This document shows, piece after piece, positions 1-8,859 of a DNA stretch of 48,250 nt (position 1 is its first letter; each line of letters opens with the position of its first letter). The notes beneath the pieces were generated by a model. That model made no database searches and was not told the DNA's origin. It saw only the letters and a list, made by a program, of their open reading frames with translations. Source of the stretch: Pseudomonadota bacterium (lineage in GTDB: Bacteria; Myxococcota_A; Polyangia; Polyangiales; DASUME01); the NCBI GenBank assembly GCA_041179425.1, contig JBEGTL010000003.1:1-48250 (forward strand). The letters are read 5' to 3'. The position numbers and the translations under genes were made by a program.

Positions 1-612
1 GTCGTCGGCAGCCTGATCGATCAGCGCCTTGGCAGCCTTCTCGAGCGCCCGCGCAAGCTCGCGTGCCTTGGGTTCGGACAGCGAGTCGATCCCGTCTGCC
101 AGCGCGACGTACTCTTGCACTTGGCGCTGAAAGCGGGCGAAGGCGCGGGCCCCGTCTTCGGTCTGCAGAACTGGATACCAGTCACCGCCATGGCCTCCCC
201 CTGCGCCCAGGAGTGGCACGCTGATCAAGCCGGCGACACCTGCGTGCAGGTCCTTGTCGCAGCCTTTGAACCAGCCCTTTGCGCAGCGCTTTCCGAGGTA
301 AGCGGTGGCGGACAAGATGACGTGCTCTGCGCCGAGCGCCTTCCTCGCGACGTCGTACAGCTCACGCACTTGGTCGAGTTGTTTTGCGTTCGGTTCGTCG
401 CTCGCGGGGAGCAGCATGGCGTGCGCCTGCGTCGTCGTCTCGGTCTCGTTCGCCGTCTTCGGCAGCGGCTCAGACGCGGCTGCACTCGATGCCTGCGGCG
501 CGGGCGGAGGCGGTGCCTCCGTGGTTGTCGGCCCCACCGTCTCTTGTGCACGTGCCACCGGCAGCGACAGACCCAACGACAACAGTAAACAAAGCAGACC
601 CCAGCTTCGCAT
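1..612 (-). CDS. Secreted hypothetical protein, partial (runs off the window start)
   Basis: Read manually on the minus strand from ATG at 612: MRSWGLLCLLLSLGLSLPVARA-QE (Sec signal peptide), Pro/Thr/Ala linker, then an open frame with no stop to position 1; absent from the ORF track because it is incomplete. Confidence 0.75.
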   Translation of the reverse strand, partial: MRSWGLLCLLLSLGLSLPVARAQETVGPTTTEAPPPPAPQASSAAASEPLPKTANETETTTQAHAMLLPASDEPNAKQLDQVRELYDVARKALGAEHVILSATAYLGKRCAKGWFKGCDKDLHAGVAGLISVPLLGAGGGHGGDWYPVLQTEDGARAFARFQRQVQEYVALADGIDSLSEPKARELARALEKAAKALIDQAADD

Positions 613-894
613 GAACCCCCCAAGGCACTCGCGTGAACGCTCCGACACGTCTCGCCCGAGTCCGCGCTGGGCTCGGCCGAGGTCCGCAGTCGGGCGTTTG
701 TACGTACTCACGAGGACTTCCTGCCCAAAAAGAGTGAGTGGGTCAGATTTTCTGCGACCGTCAGATCACACCAAGACAGCAGAGCCGGGGGAAGCTACCG
801 ACTCTCGCCGCGGTACCACGGCCGTTGGAGGATTCCTTTGCAGACTGGATCGCTCGCACCGTCTACACGTCCACCTCCCGTCGCGCGTGTCGGC

Positions 895-2715
895 GTGGGT
901 CACGTGCGTCGCGGCAAGACGCTACGCATCGTCGGTGCATGCCTGCTTGCGGCGTTCATCCTCCGCTTTCCGCTCGGCTGGGCACTCACTCCGAGCCCAG
1001 AAGACGTCCTGACGCCCGGCGAGGTGCTGGGCACGGGCCACGGACCACTCGTCGTGCTGTTGCACGGCATGGCCGGACGACAGTCCGTCGAGCCACTGAT
1101 CCAAGCGATGGCCCGTGACCCTTCGCTGAAGAACGCGCGTGTGCTGGCGCCTGGGTACAACAGCGCCTTCTACGTGAACACCGACCCCGACCTGATCGTC
1201 GGCCACCTGCGCGGCGCCATCGAGCTTGCGGCGAAGAACGGCGTGAGCGAGATCGTTCTCGTCGGCCACAGTCTAGGCGGCATGTTGCTGCGCGAGGCCT
1301 ACCTGCTCAGCATCGAGCACAACGCCGGCTGGGACAAAAAGGTCAGCCGCATCGTGCTGCTCGCCTCGCTGAACCGCGGCTGGACCACGAGCATCGCCAG
1401 GGAGCCACTGCAACGCGCATTGGTCGAAGTTGGATCGTGGGTGCTGCCCTCGCTTCACGTTGGCGGCCTATACGACCAGCTGCGCCGCGGCGCACCGTTC
1501 ATCGCAAACCTCCGCCTGCGCTGGTTGCGCAAGATGCGCGAGCTCCACAACCAAGAGCTCGCGCGGAACAACGGAACGAAGCTCATCCCGGACGTCGTCC
1601 AGCTGCGTGGTGCACTCGACGTCGTCCTGACGAATCAAGACAGCGCAGACCTCGAGGACACGCACGGCTTTCGCGCGGTCGAGATCCCTCGCACCGACCA
1701 CGGCGGCGTGCTCGATCTTCAAGGCGAGCTAGGCAAGCAGCGCGCGACCACCATCCTTGCGGAGATCGCAGGCCGCGGACCGCCCGGCATCTTCCCCGAC
1801 AACGAGAAGTCGAGCTGCTTGAGCGGCGTGGACGAACGGCCTACCCACGTCGTCTTCGCCGTGCACGGCATGGGAACGACCGGCGCGTGGACGGGCGCGT
1901 TCAAGACGCAGGCACAAGAAGAGAAGTTGTTGGCCGACGAGAGAGACACTGGCGCGAGTCCACAACCTCAGGCTGTGGTGGAGAGGGTGGACTACCCGTG
2001 GTTTCCGATGGTGCCGTTCCTATTCGGCTTCGAGCGCCAGCAGCGTCTGCACTACTTCGTCGACAAGTACACCGAGTTCGAGGCCTGCCATCCCAACTTG
2101 TTGAGCCGCTCGGCGCTTGCCCACAGCAACGGCACGTACATCGTGGCCAACGCCATGAAACAGATCGGCTCGATCTCGCTGCAGCGTTTTGCGCTGGTGG
2201 GCTCGGTGCTGCCCGAGAAGTTCAACTGGGAACTTCTCGCTTCCCGAAAACAGATCGATCGCGTGGCCAACTACCGCTCAGGGGAGGATGGCATCGTCGG
2301 CGTCTTCCCTGGCGCCTACGACTGGGTGTACTTCCAGTACGCCGAGCTTGGCGCGGCGGGCGTGTGGGGCTTCGACGGGGCGCCCTCGTTCGTCACCGAC
2401 GTGCAGTGGTTCGCGGGCGGCCACAGCAAACTCATCCAAAGCCCGAAAGGGCGCCGAGAAGTCGCCAGATTCCTCGTCAACGGGACCGTCCCACCGAGCC
2501 CGCTGTTCCGTTCCGAGGTGGCGTGGTGGCTCGAGGTGCTGGGCAACCTGTCCGGCTTCATCTGGCTCGGCATCGTGGGGATCCTGGTGTGGATCGGTCG
2601 CCTCATCCATCGTAAGGCGGCCGTCTTGCGCACACCCGGTCGTCCGACTTGGGTCTCGGCCGCGCCACTCGCGGTCTACGTCGCGGTGCTCGCCGTCATC
2701 GCGTTTTGTTTCTAG
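895..2715 (+). CDS. Membrane-anchored protein with two tandem alpha/beta-hydrolase domains
   Basis: Domain 1 LLHGMAG...VGHSLGG...D..H; domain 2 AVHGMG...AHSNGT...LVGSVLP...D...GGHS; hydrophobic N-terminus and two C-terminal hydrophobic helices; start uncertain (838-904). Confidence 0.8.
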   Translation: MGHVRRGKTLRIVGACLLAAFILRFPLGWALTPSPEDVLTPGEVLGTGHGPLVVLLHGMAGRQSVEPLIQAMARDPSLKNARVLAPGYNSAFYVNTDPDLIVGHLRGAIELAAKNGVSEIVLVGHSLGGMLLREAYLLSIEHNAGWDKKVSRIVLLASLNRGWTTSIAREPLQRALVEVGSWVLPSLHVGGLYDQLRRGAPFIANLRLRWLRKMRELHNQELARNNGTKLIPDVVQLRGALDVVLTNQDSADLEDTHGFRAVEIPRTDHGGVLDLQGELGKQRATTILAEIAGRGPPGIFPDNEKSSCLSGVDERPTHVVFAVHGMGTTGAWTGAFKTQAQEEKLLADERDTGASPQPQAVVERVDYPWFPMVPFLFGFERQQRLHYFVDKYTEFEACHPNLLSRSALAHSNGTYIVANAMKQIGSISLQRFALVGSVLPEKFNWELLASRKQIDRVANYRSGEDGIVGVFPGAYDWVYFQYAELGAAGVWGFDGAPSFVTDVQWFAGGHSKLIQSPKGRREVARFLVNGTVPPSPLFRSEVAWWLEVLGNLSGFIWLGIVGILVWIGRLIHRKAAVLRTPGRPTWVSAAPLAVYVAVLAVIAFCF

Positions 2716-2731
2716 GGCGGCGCTTAACCAC

Positions 2732-3751
2732 CTACTCGCCTGCTTCGCGCGCGCGCAGCTCTGGGTAAAACTGCTTGCAGTAGCGTCGGTACAGGCCGAT
2801 AGGCCCGTCGTCGCGGCTGAGCGCAGGCGGAGAGACGTAGCCCTTGTGGGTCCAGATCTCGAAGTCTTGTTCGATGTCGTTCTCGAACACGCGCATGATC
2901 ATGGCGTGCGCGAGGGCGGTGAGCATGGCGCGCGGGAGCTTGTCGAGCCCCGGCACGATGCGCTCGGGAAACGCGATGGGCTTCATGCGCAGCGCGATGT
3001 GCAGGTCGACGTGCTCGCCGTCCGCCGGCGTGCTGAAGATCCACTGCCGCACCTCGATGCCGTAGTGCGGGACCACCACTTCGACGCGCGAGTAGCCGAG
3101 CCCCCACACGTGCACCACGAACTGACTGTCCAGCTTGAGGTTGAGCGCGTCGAGCAGACCTGCGCTGCGCCGCATCTGATAGGCGCCGGTGAGGTGCGGC
3201 CCACGGACGGTGAGCGGGACCAGCTCGCGCACGTCTTTGTAGCCGTGCACGACCGTCAGGTGTGCCGGGTCGACGCCGTTCTCGGTGGTCTCCTGCGGGT
3301 GGCTGCGCAGCCAGTAGTGCTGGGTCTTGAGCTCCCCAAAGCCGGCGATGTCGCACTCGTCGACACGCCAGGTCGGGGCCCGCCCGGCATCGTCGTAAAA
3401 CGCCATGACGAAGCCAGCGAACTCGTCGACGTGCCAGGTCTTGAGCCGGGCTGCCTTGGGCGGCTCGCCGTACGGCGTACTGACGCACGCGCCGGTCTGG
3501 TCGAACCGAAAGCCATGAAAGGGACAGCGCACAGCGTCGCCTTCGATGCAGCCGCCGCCTTTGGCCAGGTGCGCACCGAGATGCGGGCAAAACGCGTCGG
3601 CCACACAGACGCGACCATCGGCACCACGAAACGCGATGATGTCGCGACCCATGAAGGTCTTGTTGAAGAGCTTTCCGCGCGGCAACTCGTGCGAGTAGCA
3701 GACGAAGTACCAGCCGTCGGGAAAAGGAGAGAAGGGAAAGCGGTAGGCCAT
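2732..3751 (-). CDS. Rieske 2Fe-2S oxygenase, KshA / cholesterol 7-desaturase (Neverland)-like
   Basis: N-terminal FPDGWY, Rieske CPHLGAHL...CPFHG, mononuclear Fe ENGVDPAHLTVVH and QDFEIW, C-terminal DGPIGLYRRYCKQFY; likely start MAYRF at 3751. Confidence 0.88.
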   Translation of the reverse strand: MAYRFPFSPFPDGWYFVCYSHELPRGKLFNKTFMGRDIIAFRGADGRVCVADAFCPHLGAHLAKGGGCIEGDAVRCPFHGFRFDQTGACVSTPYGEPPKAARLKTWHVDEFAGFVMAFYDDAGRAPTWRVDECDIAGFGELKTQHYWLRSHPQETTENGVDPAHLTVVHGYKDVRELVPLTVRGPHLTGAYQMRRSAGLLDALNLKLDSQFVVHVWGLGYSRVEVVVPHYGIEVRQWIFSTPADGEHVDLHIALRMKPIAFPERIVPGLDKLPRAMLTALAHAMIMRVFENDIEQDFEIWTHKGYVSPPALSRDDGPIGLYRRYCKQFYPELRAREAGE

Positions 3752-3878
3752 GGTCCAGCGATCGAAGAACGGATGTCCCGAGTGTGAAGAGCAGATCGCA
3801 CGAGCGTCAACCAGCGAGCCGTACAATCGTCCGCCCACGGGGCACTCCGGCTAGCGCTTGTGGGCCATCGGCCTCGCT

Positions 3879-4478
3879 TCAATAGAGCAGTGCAGTACTC
3901 AGGGTGCCGCCCAGGACCACACCCTGCGACGAAAAGCCAGGATAGCCAGGGTTGTTGGTCTGCAGGCCAGTAGCCTCCGGAGCCACCGCATTGGTGCGGA
4001 TGTCCACCGTGGCGTCGTCCCACTCGTCTCGTACGTCGCTCGCCGTGCGGTCGGCCCGACTCGGCGAACGTTTGGTTTGGCTACGCTTCTGCAGCACGTG
4101 CAGCTGCGCCTGCGCGCCAAAACGGAACGCGAGCTTCCAGCTGGGCACGGGCATGTCGTAGCTGGTGCCCAGCACGAAGCCAAAACGGTTGTTGTCGACG
4201 TAGTTGGTGCGACCCGTCTGCAGCGGCACGGGGGTCGGGTGGTACGTGACGTCGAACAAAAAGCCGAGGCTGTCGTCGCGCATCGCGCGTAGGCCTGCCG
4301 TGCCGGCCCACACGTCCTTGAACGCGTAGCCAGGCAGTGGCCGCTCGCTCTGACGGTTGACGTACTGAGACCATCGCTCGTAGGTGGTCGACAAGACCAC
4401 GGACAGCTGGGTGTGCCCTGTGTGCAGCACGTCGTAGTTGAGGCCTAGCCCTGCGATCCAGGGCACGAAGTCGTGGGT
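3879..4478 (-). pseudogene. C-terminal fragment of a FadL/OmpP1-like outer-membrane beta-barrel
   Basis: Amphipathic beta-strands (THDFVPW..., TTYERWSQY, YHPTPVPLQTGRTNYVDNNR) and terminal aromatic residue (..LLY); upstream of ~4480 this frame is only a shadow of the neighbouring gene, with no start or signal peptide. Confidence 0.6.
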
Positions 4479-5407
4479 GGCAGGTCGGGCTTGACGGCGT
4501 GCGTTGCGTCCGTGAACCACTCGGTGTAGTCGCGCTGCACCGTGTTGCGGGTGCCGCTGGCGATGCCGTTGATCTGCCACGCAATCCCGAGCTGACCGTC
4601 GTCTTCCCAGTCTTCGGCCCCGGTGCGGGCTTGCGCAGTGGGCAGCGGCAGTCGCGCACGCACCTCTGCGATGGTCTCTTTGGAAGAGCGCGGCATGGGC
4701 ACAAAGCGAGCTTCGTCTGCACCGCGCACGCTCCAAAAGCGCTCGAACGCGAGCGCGCAGTGCGTGTCGTCTTGCCGACGCATGGTCGCGCGTCGGCTCT
4801 GCTGGCTGTTGTGTTTCATCAGGGTGCGGCGCGTGGCCTCGGTGATGGTGACCGAGACCGAGCCCTCGACCTGGATGTCGCAGTCCATCTGCGAGACCAC
4901 GATGACGTCTTCGCCGCTCTGCGCGAGCTCGAAGAAGTAGTAGTAGTAGTAGTAGTAGTAGTTGGCGAACTGCCCAAGACCCAGGGCCTCGCTGCGCGTC
5001 AGCTGCTTCACCATCCACAAGCCGCTCATGTCGCACTCGGGGTCGCTCGCGCCGAGCGGTTCGCTCACGTCGTTGTTCGGTGCCCCAGCGTCGTCGCGCT
5101 CGACGGGCGCACCACCGTCGTCGTCGACGCTGGCCACGGGCCCGCCGGCCTCTTCGCCGGGGGGGTCGACCTCGGGCTCATCGGTCGGCTCATCTCCGCC
5201 GCCCGGCTCGACCGACGCGTCATTGCCGAAAGTGACGTCCGCATCACTAGGCCGAGGCTTCTTGCCAGAGTCTGCCTGCGGCACCGAGTCGTGTCCGCCC
5301 AGATAGGGCAGGACACGATCGTGAGCTTCGCAGGCAGTCGCAAACGCGACCAACGCGAGCGACATCAACGTCACGCGTGGGCACAACCGAAGAAGGGTTC
5401 TGCTCAC
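4445..5407 (-). CDS. Lipoprotein of unknown function, apparently truncated at the C-terminus near 4484
   Basis: Lipobox AFATAC, acidic DAG linker, globular domain CDMSGLWMVKQLTRS...DWEDDGQLGIAWQ; last residues read into the FadL-like fragment; start 5407 (GTG) or 5365 (ATG). Confidence 0.7.
   Translation of the reverse strand: MSRTLLRLCPRVTLMSLALVAFATACEAHDRVLPYLGGHDSVPQADSGKKPRPSDADVTFGNDASVEPGGGDEPTDEPEVDPPGEEAGGPVASVDDDGGAPVERDDAGAPNNDVSEPLGASDPECDMSGLWMVKQLTRSEALGLGQFANYYYYYYYYFFELAQSGEDVIVVSQMDCDIQVEGSVSVTITEATRRTLMKHNSQQSRRATMRRQDDTHCALAFERFWSVRGADEARFVPMPRSSKETIAEVRARLPLPTAQARTGAEDWEDDGQLGIAWQINGIASGTRNTVQRDYTEWFTDATHAVKPDLPPTTSCPGSQG
4937..4960. repeat. Perfect trinucleotide repeat (GTA)8 encoding Tyr8 on the minus strand
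   Basis: gtagtagtagtagtagtagtagta read directly. Confidence 0.95.
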
Positions 5408-5526
5408 TGAGGAGGGGCAACTTACTGCGAGCGCGCCGCGTAAGTAAAGCGCCCCCACCCACACGGCCCCGTGTGCGAACCAACGCCAACGCAGAGCGTC
5501 ACGACGCGCGACGTGTGTCGTCTACG

Positions 5527-6285
5527 TCAGAACAAGAACGGAATGATCGCGCGGCGCTCGGACGGATAGTCCGCGAAGCGCCGCAGGTAGTCGCGGTGGT
5601 GGGAGACGGCGCGCGGCACGAGGTTGGCGGCCGTAAACAGCGCAAAGAACAACCCCGGGAGCGACCAAGTCAGGATGGCCCAGCCACACCACTCGATGAG
5701 CTCACCAAAATAATTCGGGCACGAGATGAATCGGTACAGACCGCCTCGCGGGATCTTGTAGCCAGTCTCACCCGGCGCGCGCAGCCCGCGCAGCACACGG
5801 TCGGCGTGACGATTGACGAGGTAGCCCGTCGCGAACAGCGCGACGCCCGCGAGGAAACGCGGGTCGACCAGCCACGAGGACGCGTAGCCGGGGCCAAAGT
5901 GCGTCAGGAAGCGAAAGTTGAGGTAGCCGTTCAGCACGTTGAAGGTCGCGCCACTGCACGCGACACCGAGCGGCATGCGGGCCCCGCGCCCCTTGATGAG
6001 CGCTGGATAGACGAACGCACGCTGCACGTAGTGCGCTTCCCAGATCGCCACCATGATCAGCGTGACCACGTCGTGGCGCTCCCCGAGCGAGAGCATCACG
6101 AGCGGGACGAGTGCCGCGGGCGCCTCCATCAACACCCAGCCCACCACGTTGCTGATGCTCGGGCCGTAGCCGGCTCGCGCGTGTCGACCATAGGGAGCAG
6201 TCACGAACATCAGGTAGACCGCCGTGACCAAGGCCAGCCCGAACGAGCCCCACAACAGCGTTGTATAGAAGGAAAGTTCATTCAT
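5527..6285 (-). CDS. 3-oxo-5-alpha-steroid 4-dehydrogenase (steroid 5-alpha-reductase family)
   Basis: APYGRH, GWVLMEAPA, HYVQRAFVYP, YKIPRGGLYRFISCPNYFGELIEWCGWA, NLVPRAVSHH, RRAIIPF motifs; multiple TM segments. Confidence 0.93.
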   Translation of the reverse strand: MNELSFYTTLLWGSFGLALVTAVYLMFVTAPYGRHARAGYGPSISNVVGWVLMEAPAALVPLVMLSLGERHDVVTLIMVAIWEAHYVQRAFVYPALIKGRGARMPLGVACSGATFNVLNGYLNFRFLTHFGPGYASSWLVDPRFLAGVALFATGYLVNRHADRVLRGLRAPGETGYKIPRGGLYRFISCPNYFGELIEWCGWAILTWSLPGLFFALFTAANLVPRAVSHHRDYLRRFADYPSERRAIIPFLF

Positions 6286-7256
6286 ACGTAGCCGGCCTCG
6301 CGGTAAAAACGCAGTGCATCGACCACCGTGTCCGCCATCGGACGCGGCGAGAAGCCAAGCTCACGGCGCGCCTTGTGGTGCACGAAGTCGCACGGGCTGA
6401 CCAGGATGCGCAGCGCGTGCGCGGTGTACAGCGGCCGCCGCTTGGTCCACCGCGCGTACGTGGAGACCCAAGGCAGGGCCCACGCGAGCGCACGCACGGG
6501 GATGGTCGCGCGCGGGCGTCGCCCCCCTGCTTGGTCTGCCAACAGCTCGGCGAGGGCGCGCACCGTCAGGCGCTCGCCCGACAACAGGTAGCGCTCGCCG
6601 CGGCGCCCACGCTCGGCCGCCGCCACGGTCCCGGCCACGACATCGCGAACATCGACCCAGTTGTACGCCCCCTCGGTCGCGAACGGACTGCGCTGGAGCT
6701 TGAGAACACTGTCGGCCAGCAGCGACGGCCCGTAGTCATTTGGCCCAAGCACCGCCGCCGGGCTCACGATCACGGCGTCGAGTCCGTCCTCTACCGCCTT
6801 CAACACCGCGCGCTCGCCGTCGGCCTTGGAGCGATCGTACGCGAGCGCATCCGTCCGCTCGATCAGCGGACACGTCTCGTCGATCGGGCCCGTGGTCTGC
6901 TCGGCCGCGAGCGCGTGCACGGAGCTCATGTGCACGAGGCGCCGCACCCCTTCTGCGAGGCACGCCTGTGCGACGTTGCGGGTGCCATCGACGTTGACGG
7001 CGCGCACCAAGCGGTCGCCCGCCTCGTCGATCGAGATGACGGCCGCCAGGTGATAGACCAGGTCGGCGCCGGCGAGCGCGCGGCGCACGGCGGCAACATC
7101 GCGCGTGTCGGCGTACACGCGCTCCACGGGCAGCCCGGCCAGCGCGCGCTCGTCGCTGCCGTAGATCACCGCACGCACGGCGTCTCCGCGCTCGAGGAGG
7201 GCACGCACCAGCGTGTTGCCCACGTGTCCCGTCGCGCCCGTCACCACCACCGTCAT
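6282..7256 (-). CDS. NAD-dependent epimerase/dehydratase (extended SDR; DFR/HpnA/3-beta-HSD-like)
   Basis: TGATGHVG, HLAA, NVDGTRNV, MSS, YDRSK; ATGA overlap with the 5-alpha-reductase; start MTVVV at 7256. Confidence 0.9.
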   Translation of the reverse strand: MTVVVTGATGHVGNTLVRALLERGDAVRAVIYGSDERALAGLPVERVYADTRDVAAVRRALAGADLVYHLAAVISIDEAGDRLVRAVNVDGTRNVAQACLAEGVRRLVHMSSVHALAAEQTTGPIDETCPLIERTDALAYDRSKADGERAVLKAVEDGLDAVIVSPAAVLGPNDYGPSLLADSVLKLQRSPFATEGAYNWVDVRDVVAGTVAAAERGRRGERYLLSGERLTVRALAELLADQAGGRRPRATIPVRALAWALPWVSTYARWTKRRPLYTAHALRILVSPCDFVHHKARRELGFSPRPMADTVVDALRFYREAGYV

Positions 7257-7411
7257 CGGAGACCTCCGGCACGCAGAAAAGCGCGGCCGGGCCCCGTTAT
7301 AGTGCAACGAAGGACCGGTGCCGCACGCGCCCAGATCTGCCTTGCGTAGGAGACGCAGTTACCACAAGAGACCCGCGTCTCCTATGGTAGACGAGGCAGA
7401 CAAGAGGAGAG

Positions 7412-8146
7412 ATGCGGTCCAACGCGTGTGGGAGCTCGTGCCATCGCCTGTGCTCCGCCGTTGCTTTTTTTGTGCTGCTGCTCGCTGCGTGCACGCAGGA
7501 CGACGCGTCCATTCCGCTCGCGCGCTGGGATAGCGCAGTCAGCGCTCCAGACAGTCCGATCGGCAAGGTAGACGCGGCGACGGTCGACAAGGCAGACGCC
7601 GCCATCGTCTCCACACTCGATGCGAGCCTGTCGTCGCTCCTCGATGCCTTCGCTGCCGTGCCCAGAGAGGCCGGTGCCGGTGCCGCCGTCGACGACGACA
7701 CGTTGCTGACGCTGGCTGCCCAGCTGATCTCCATCTGCCCGTCGGTCGCGCCCAACGACGCGCCCGCACGCGAACGCTGCGCCGACGGCCTCACCAAGTT
7801 CGACGCCTTTCGCGACGTGATCGCCGAGCCGCTGCTGTGGGGTGCGCAGCCGGCGGGGCTCGCGCTCGCAGAGGTCCCCGAGCAGGCGACGCTGACCAAC
7901 CTCAACCCACGCGTGTGGCGCAGGCTGTACCTCTCGACGTTGATGTTCGAGAGTCCGGCGCGCGTCGAAGACGCCGGCAAGTACCGCGCGCTGCGTGTGC
8001 CGGTGCGCTTTCGCAACGGCCTCGATGCAGGCGACTACCCTTACCCTTTCTGGCACGCCGAGAAGAAGTGGGCCTCGTACGAACAAGCCACCTCGATCGT
8101 TTTTTTGTTCGAGGGCAAGCGGCTCGTCGCTGCGGTTCGTTCCGCG
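7412..8146 (+). pseudogene. Lipoprotein of an uncharacterised family, truncated at ~8146
   Basis: RBS GAGGAG, lipobox LLAAC, DAS/DAA linker, conserved-looking core LLWGAQP...NPRVWRRLYLSTLMF...YPYPFWHAEKKW; after VAAVRSA the frame continues without a stop as antisense of the opposing gene. Confidence 0.6.
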
Positions 8147-8859
8147 CAGCACCGCCTTGGGCGCCTTGGTGCGCAGGTACGCCAGGAGACCCTGCTGCTC
8201 CTCTTCAGTCACCGTCCAGGCGTGGTTCGCACCCCAGATGAACTGCACGGGCTGGGTCGCCTTCTCGACCCACGTAGGCAGGGCGCCCATCGTGAAGATG
8301 GTGATCAGCTCCTGGTCGGAGTATCCCGCCGTCTGCGCGGGCGTGTCTTCGACCTTGAGGAGGGGCGCGTCTGCCGAGTGACAAGTCATGCACGACCCAT
8401 CGGGATTGCGGGCGTTGGGCTCGGCGATCCGGAGCACCGTCACCACGCCGCCATCGGGCGCGACGACGGCAGGCTCGCGCCCGAGGTAGCGCGCCTCGCC
8501 GATCTTCCACTGTGCTTCGGTAAAGCCGTTGATGATCAGCTTCGCGGAGCCAGTGTCCCCTTCGAGCGCGGCACGGATGACGACGGTTCCCGCTCTCTTC
8601 ACGGTGATCAGCGCGCCCTCGGGAGTGTCGACGACCGTTGCGATGGTCGGATCGGACGAGCTGAACGTCGCGCCCTTCTTGCGGAACGGCGGGTACCTGA
8701 ACGTCACCGGCAGCGTTGCCTCGTGTCCCTCCACGTACGCGGAGTACATGGGCTTGAACAGGAGCTCGAGCACGCCATTGTCGACGAAGCCCGTGGCCCC
8801 GCATCCTGCGTGCTGGCATCGACGCTTTTTACAGGCGGCGCACCATCGTCGCCCTCGCA
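8147..8859 (-). pseudogene. Ig-like + c-type cytochrome lipoprotein fragment (no signal peptide, one frameshift, no own stop)
   Basis: C-EGDDGAPPVKSVDASTQDAG (Cys codon 8857-8859), frameshift at the C4 run 8797-8800, then FKPMYSAY..FSSSDPTIATV (Big_2-like), heme motif CMTCH, ..LLAYLRTKAPK. Confidence 0.6.

Noticed and set aside
2189-3787. Long ORFs antisense or frame-shifted to real genes (for example 1437-2615, 2189-3787, 19258-20514, 23542-25044, 23952-25562, 29449-30993, 34718-36061, 42075-43382)
   Set aside because: Arg/Ala/Pro-rich shadow frames expected in high-GC DNA; each overlaps a gene with clear family motifs
3879-5407. Programmed frameshift fusing the lipoprotein to the FadL-like barrel
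   Set aside because: No slippery sequence at ~4484, and the barrel lacks most of its N-terminal strands; a deletion or mis-join is simpler
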